From contig CAZUIS010000001.1 of assembly GCA_964620295.1 (NCBI GenBank), positions 1 to 29,638 of the forward strand: a stretch of 29,638 nucleotides of DNA. Direction: 5' to 3'. A model generated the notes under the pieces. It saw only the letters and a program-made list of their open reading frames with translations, did no database searches and was not told where the DNA came from. The position numbers and the translations under genes were made by a program. This DNA is from an uncultured Candidatus Peribacteria bacterium (GTDB taxonomy: Bacteria; Patescibacteriota; Gracilibacteria; Absconditabacterales; Absconditicoccaceae). Shown piece by piece: positions 24,440 to 29,638 of the stretch. Position 1 is the first letter of the stretch. Every line of letters begins with the position of its first letter.

Positions 24440-25633
24440 ATGGCCGAACCACTTTCTTCATTACTCAGACCACAAACATTAGATGACTGTATAGGACAAC
24501 AACATCTTATTGGACCTGGTAAACCTATACGCGTTTTTCTCGAACAGAAAAAAATTCCTTCAATGCTTTTTCGAGGACCTCCAGGATGCGGAAAAACAAC
24601 GGTAGCAAGAGTTATCGCTAATATGCTTGAAGCAGAAACCTTCTTCCTATCAGGAGTAACCAGCAAAAAAGAAGATCTCAAAGAAATATTGGTAAGAGCA
24701 AAAACCAATAGACAATATGGCAAAACAACGATCATTTTTTTGGATGAAATACATCGCCGAAACAAGGCTCAACAAGATACTTTACTCCCTTATGTAGAAA
24801 AAGGAGATATTATTCTCATTGGAGCAACCACCGAAAATCCAAGTTTTTCTATCAATAGTGCCCTTCTTTCTAGGTCAAGAACCTTTGTTTTTGAAAGACT
24901 ATGAGAAGAAGACATCAAAGATTTTATCAACAACAATCGACAAAAAATTCTGGATTCTCATCCAGGGATAATTGCTTCCGACGAAGTAATTTCTTATATC
25001 GCAAGACTTGGAAACGGAGATTTGAGAAATAGTTTAAATATTTTGGAAGCAACTATTTTTTTGAAAAAGACAGGAGAAATAACAATAGAAGACATAAAAA
25101 TAGCCGGACAAAAAAATCTCTATTACGATAAAAACGGTGAAGAACATTACAACATCATTTCAGCAATCCACAAATCGCTTCGCGATAGTAATGCTGACGC
25201 AGCATGTTACCGGATCGAGAGAATGCTCGCCGGCGGGGAGGACCCGCTCTACATAGCGAGGAGATTACTCCGCTTCGCATCCGAAGACATCGGCCCCGCC
25301 GACAACAATGCCCTCCTTCTCGCAAATCAAGTCTATGATGCTGTTTCCAAAGTAGGTATGCCAGAATGTGATATTTTTCTGATACAACTAGCTCTCTATT
25401 TAGCAAAAGCACCCAAAAACAATATCACTTATAAAATATCCTTAGAAACCAAAGCGGATATAGAAAAATATGGAAATCTTCCTGTTCCTATGGATATTAG
25501 AAATGCACCGACAAATTTTATGAAAGAATTAGGATACGGAAAAAATTATCAATACACACACAACCAACCAGATAAAAAAACAAATAATCAGCATTTTCCC
25601 AATGAATTACAAGGAAGAACCTACGGAAAATAA
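24440..25633 (+). CDS. rarA: Replication-associated recombination protein A (MgsA/RarA AAA+ ATPase), ~397 aa
   Basis: PLSSLLRPQTLDDCIGQQHL, GPPGCGKTT, DEIHR.NKAQQD, GATTENPSF, GDLRNSLN, YNIISAIHKSLRDS, EDIGPAD, MKELGYGKNY. TGA 24902-24904=Gly joins the two track ORFs. Confidence 0.96.
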
Positions 25634-25696
25634 CAGCTCTTGAAATATACCTACAAGTAGTTAAAATACCAGGACTTTATATCTTTATTTTTTCTC

Positions 25697-26227
25697 ATGA
25701 AAAAATTTATTGTATGAGTAATTATGGCTGGAAGCATTTTACTCGTAGGATGTTGAAAAACACCAACAACTGATGTTTCAACAGAAGGAATAGCACCAGA
25801 AAACAAACAAGAAAAGCAAAATGTATTCAAAGGAACAGCAAAAGACCTTTTAACAAAAGAAGATAATGTAAGTTGTTCATTCACTTTTGAAGACAATGAT
25901 ACCAAAGAAGAAGGAACTATATACATTTATAAAGGGATGATGAAAAGCGTCGCAAAAGTTCAACTTAAAAAAGAAAATATGAACCTAGAAGCCTATACAG
26001 TAACAAAAGATGGATATACCTATACACGAAGTAATATTCAAAAAAGCCAATGAGCAAAATTTAAAACAATACCTGAATGAACAAACGAAGAAGCTTATTC
26101 CGAAGATCCTTTAGGAGAAAAAGAAGTGGATTTCGTTTGTAAAGAAGAAAACCTTCAAGAAAACATGTTTGAAATCCCAAGTGATGTAAGTTTTATGGAT
26201 ATAACTGATTATCTAAAGAATAAATAA
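25697..26227 (+). CDS. Lipoprotein, hypothetical (~176 aa)
   Basis: Hidden by TGAs. MKKFIVGVIMAGSILLVGC-G lipobox; SCSF...GTIYI, DGYTYTWS (CGA=W), FVC...FEIPSDVSFMD; TAA 26225-26227. Confidence 0.8.
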
Positions 26228-26229
26228 TT

Positions 26230-26259
26230 AAAAAAATGGAGCAATTGCTCCATTTTTTT
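26230..26259. terminator. Bidirectional intrinsic terminator between the lipoprotein gene and secA
   Basis: Perfect palindrome A7-tggagc-aatt-gctcca-T7, overlapping the secA TAA. Confidence 0.88.
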
Positions 26260-29200
26260 ATACTGATCAACAACACTTTTTATACTTTTTACCACTTCCA
26301 CAAGGACAAGCATCGTTTGGTTTTGGCTTTTTTGAACCCGTTTCAAAAATATCTTTATATGGATTTTTTTGTTCTGAAGAAACTTCAAACACTTCAACAT
26401 CTTGTGTAGAAGCTGCCTTTTTTTTGGAAATTACAGATTGAGTAGGGGCAATTGCTCCAGCCTGTTGAAGAGTATCAAGGTAAGAAGAATCATTTACATC
26501 AACAACCTGAGAAGATGGCTTTGAAGAGAAATCGAAATTAACAAGATACAAGGTCACATCCTGTTTTAATCTCATAAGTAAGCTTTGGAATTTTTCAAAC
26601 GCTTCTTTCTTATAGACAACTAGAGGATCTATCTGAGCATATCCCATAAGACCAACCTTATCTCTTAGATATTCCATTTCATCAATATGTTTAACCCAAA
26701 GTGTATCCAAATTATAGAGATAGACATCTTTCAAAAATCTATAAGCAATCATATGATCTGCTGAAGAAATAGGGTCAACTACCTTTTTAATAAGATGTTC
26801 TGATATTTTTTCTTGAAGTTCAGGGAACGAACACGAAGCCAATGATGCACTAAAAGAAGAATCCAAAGAAAATTCTTTCATTGCAGCTTCTAGATATGAT
26901 TTTTCAGTTTGTCCCAAAGTTTGGGCAGTCACGAGAGAATAAGAAACAATGTCGCGAATATTTTGAGGGATCTCGATAAGCATTGATTCTACCAAAGATT
27001 TTCTACGACTTTCGTCTGTTTCCGAAAAAAGAATATCATCTCTTTTTTTGTAAATTGCTTGTCTTTGTTTGTTAATCACACTATCATATTCAAATACATG
27101 TTTTCTAGAACCAAAATGCCAAGCTTCCATCTGTTTTTGAGCTCTCACGATAGAACTATTAAATTGCTTTTGAGTAAGTTCAAGATTTTCTAACTCTGTT
27201 TTTGGCAAAAGCATTGCTGCCATAGACTGGATTCTTTCTCCTCACATTTTTCTCATAATCAGATCATCTAAGGCCACAAAAAATACAGAAACTCCAGGAT
27301 CTCATTGTCTTCAAGCACGTCCACGAAGTTGATTATCTATACGTCTTGACTCATGTTTTTCTGTACCAAGAATAAATAATCCATAGTGGAAATCTTTTTG
27401 AATCAAATCACCAGCATTTTTATGTTCTACAACAATTTTTGCATAAGCATCTTCGTTATTTTTTTTGCGAGAATTAAATACAATTTTCAATGTAACATCA
27501 TCTAAAGACAATCAACCAGATTGTGCTGTACGAATCTGTTCTTCATCCAAATTCCAAATACGCATAAATGCATCCATCGTTAAATCATATTCAACTTCAG
27601 AATATACCAAAGCCGAAACTGAAGATGGATTTTTTGCCAAAACTTGTTTTTTTGTCCAATTAACATAATTATCTGCTAATTTTTCATTAAGACCTTTATC
27701 TAACTTAATATCTGTCCCACGTCAAGCCATATTTGTCGCAACAACAACACTCTTAAATTTACCCGCTTGTGAAACAATATGTGCTTCTTGTTCATGAAAT
27801 TTTGCATTCAAAACATAGTGGGTAATTCCTTCTTTTTCCAATACTTTAGACACATGTTCAGATGTATCAATAGAAGATGTTCCAATCAAAATAGGTTGAC
27901 CGATTTCATAAGCAAATTTAATATATTCTTTTACAAACTTCCATTTTGCAGCCTGATTAAAATAAACCTTATCATGTCTATCTACTCTAATGGTAGGTTT
28001 ATTTGTAGGTATTTCCAAAACCGAAAGTTCATAAATTTTTTCAAATTCTTCCCCTTCAGTAGTAGCAGTACCCGTCATACCACCAAGTTTTTTGTATTGT
28101 TTGAAAAAATTCTGATAGGTAATCGTTGCCATAGTTTTTGATTCTTTTTGAATAGTAACACCCTCCTTGGCTTCGATAGCTTGATGAAGACCTTCAGAAA
28201 ATCTTCTTCCTGGCATAGTACGACCCGTATGTTCATCAACAATAAGAACCTCTCAGTTAACAACAATATACTCTCTATCTCTTTGATAAACAGCTTGAGC
28301 TCTCAAAGCATTTTCTATATGATGAATTTCTTCATATCCTATATCTTTATACAAATTTTCTACTTTCAAAATTTCTTCCAATTTTTTAATTCCGATACCG
28401 CTCAAAGAAACTGTTTTTGTTTTTTCATCAATATAATAATCACCATCTTCCTCTTGTTGAAGTTCATCTGCACGAACCAACTCGTTTAACAACCCCTTTG
28501 ATACCTTTTTCTTTGTAGAACAAGGCGTAAGAAAGCGAACAATTTGCGCATAATACACATATTTATCTGTTGCTTCAGCACTTGCTTCTGAAATAATCAA
28601 AGGTGTTCTTGCCTCATCAATCAAAATACTATCAATTTCATCAACGATAGCATAATGAAGTGGTCTTCGAACCAAACTTCTTCATTCAATTGATTTAACT
28701 AAATTATCTCTCAAAAAATCAAATCACAATTCTGAATTTTCAACATAGGTAATATCACTTTCATACATTTCACGTCTCTTTTGTAAAGAAACACTTTTTG
28801 TAACACAACCAACAGATAACCCAAGAAAATTATACACATATTTCATCCAATCAGAGTCACGAGATGCAAGATAATCATTAACCGTAACAACATGAACTCC
28901 TTTTCCTTCCAAAGCATTGAGATAAACAGGAGCAACAGCAACAAGCGTTTTTCCTTCTCATGTTTTCATTTCAGCAATAATCCCCTTATGCAAAATAATT
29001 CCTCACAAAAGCTGAACATCATAAGGAATCATATCCCAAGTGAGTTCTTGTCCTCTTACTTGAATTTTTGTTCAAACAAGTCTTTTACATGCTTGTTTTA
29101 CAAGACCAAAAGCTTCGGGCAACAAACTATCCAATGACTCTCATTGAGCAATTCTTTGTTTAAATTCTTCTGTTTTTTTTGGAAAGTCTTCATTTTTAAG

Positions 29201-29311
29201 GAAATTATATTCATCATACCAATGATTAGCCTGATGAACAAGTGGCATAAGTTTATTTATCTGTCTTTGATTATAATTTCCAGACATCCAGTTCAAAATC
29301 CATTGTAACAT
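26258..29311 (-). CDS. secA: Preprotein translocase ATPase SecA (~1017 aa) with C-terminal SEC-C zinc motif
   Basis: [124 protein letters not shown]. All fragments are in one frame joined by TGA=Gly. Confidence 0.98.
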
Positions 29312-29402
29312 ACGAAAAAAATAAGTAATAAATTTTATAGCAACTTAGTATAGAAAAACTGAGCCGGAAAACAAGACAAAAAAAGAAATAGGTTTGAAGA
29401 AT

Positions 29403-29585
29403 TTACCCAAAAAACCTTTCTTCCAAATCATCTTCATATTCATCACTTTCTTCATCTTCATCATCTTCTTCATCGCGTTCTTGAGCATCTTCATCATCCT
29501 CATTCTCAGAAGAAAATAACAGTTGCCAAAACAAATGGCTTCTATATTCCCCAAAAAAAGTTTCTAAGAAAAGTGTCATAAGCAT
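29403..29585 (-). CDS. Small protein with highly acidic C-terminal half (60 aa)
   Basis: ATG 3 nt after an upstream in-frame TAA; tail SENEDDEDAQERDEEDDEDEESDEYEDDLEER; lies directly upstream of secA. Confidence 0.5.
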   Translation of the reverse strand: MLMTLFLETFFGEYRSHLFWQLLFSSENEDDEDAQERDEEDDEDEESDEYEDDLEERFFG

Positions 29586-29588
29586 GTA

Positions 29589-29636
29589 TTAAAAATAAAT
29601 ACGAACAAGATCTAAATTTCCTTTACCAAGCTTCCA
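29589..29636 (-). CDS. Possible 3' end of a gene running off the window (...WKLGKGNLDLVRIYF*)
   Basis: The only minus-strand frame open from the window edge, ending at TAA 29589-29591. Too short to identify. Confidence 0.25.
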   Translation of the reverse strand, partial: WKLGKGNLDLVRIYF

Positions 29637-29638
29637 AA

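Noticed and set aside
24433-25926. Minus-strand track ORFs 24433..24765, 25155..25412 and 25651..25926
   Set aside because: Antisense to rarA and the lipoprotein, which carry clear motifs.
26258-29311. TGA as selenocysteine, or as Trp (code 4)
   Set aside because: TGA occupies Gly columns (GEGKT, GRQGDPG) and is far too frequent for Sec; Trp columns are filled by TGG, CGA or CGG.
29347-29374. Possible secA promoter TTGTTT-16-TATACT on the minus strand
   Set aside because: Weak -35 in very AT-rich DNA; cannot be distinguished from chance.
29345-29554. M/K-rich ORF MGNIEAICF...
   Set aside because: Alternative-frame reading of the GAT/GAA-rich acidic tract (ATG/AAG repeats); probably not coding.
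1-29638. Widespread pseudogenisation or frameshifting suggested by the fragmented ORF track
   Set aside because: Fragments of each gene share one frame and break only at TGA, including invariant Gly positions of the essential SecA.

Overview
AT-rich bacterial chromosome segment whose apparent ORF fragmentation comes from using the wrong genetic code. In-frame TGA sits at invariant Gly positions (SecA MKT-G-EGKT, G-RQ-G-DPG, KKCC-G). CGA/CGG sit at conserved Trp positions (RarA F-W-GPPG, DEIHR-W-NKAQQ, Y-W-IERM). This combination is the published code of Absconditabacteria (SR1, CPR/Patescibacteria): UGA=Gly, CGA/CGG=Trp. Re-read by hand with this code, the ~100 fragments collapse into about 16 genes. 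The + strand carries a partial membrane protein, an HExxH protein, a lipoprotein, a DEDDh exonuclease/degenerate DinG fusion, an HExxH metallopeptidase and three Cys-patterned secreted proteins (2196-9766 looks like one operon). Convergent on the - strand are a 13.1-kb ORF (11097-24194, ~4365 aa surface protein), a 276-aa secreted protein and a TrbC/VirB2-like pilin. After these come rarA, a lipoprotein, secA and a small acidic ORF. The best candidate for an undescribed system is the 5210-24194 envelope cluster. No rRNA, tRNA, CRISPR array or mobile element was seen. All coordinates and translations were derived manually and no database searches were run.
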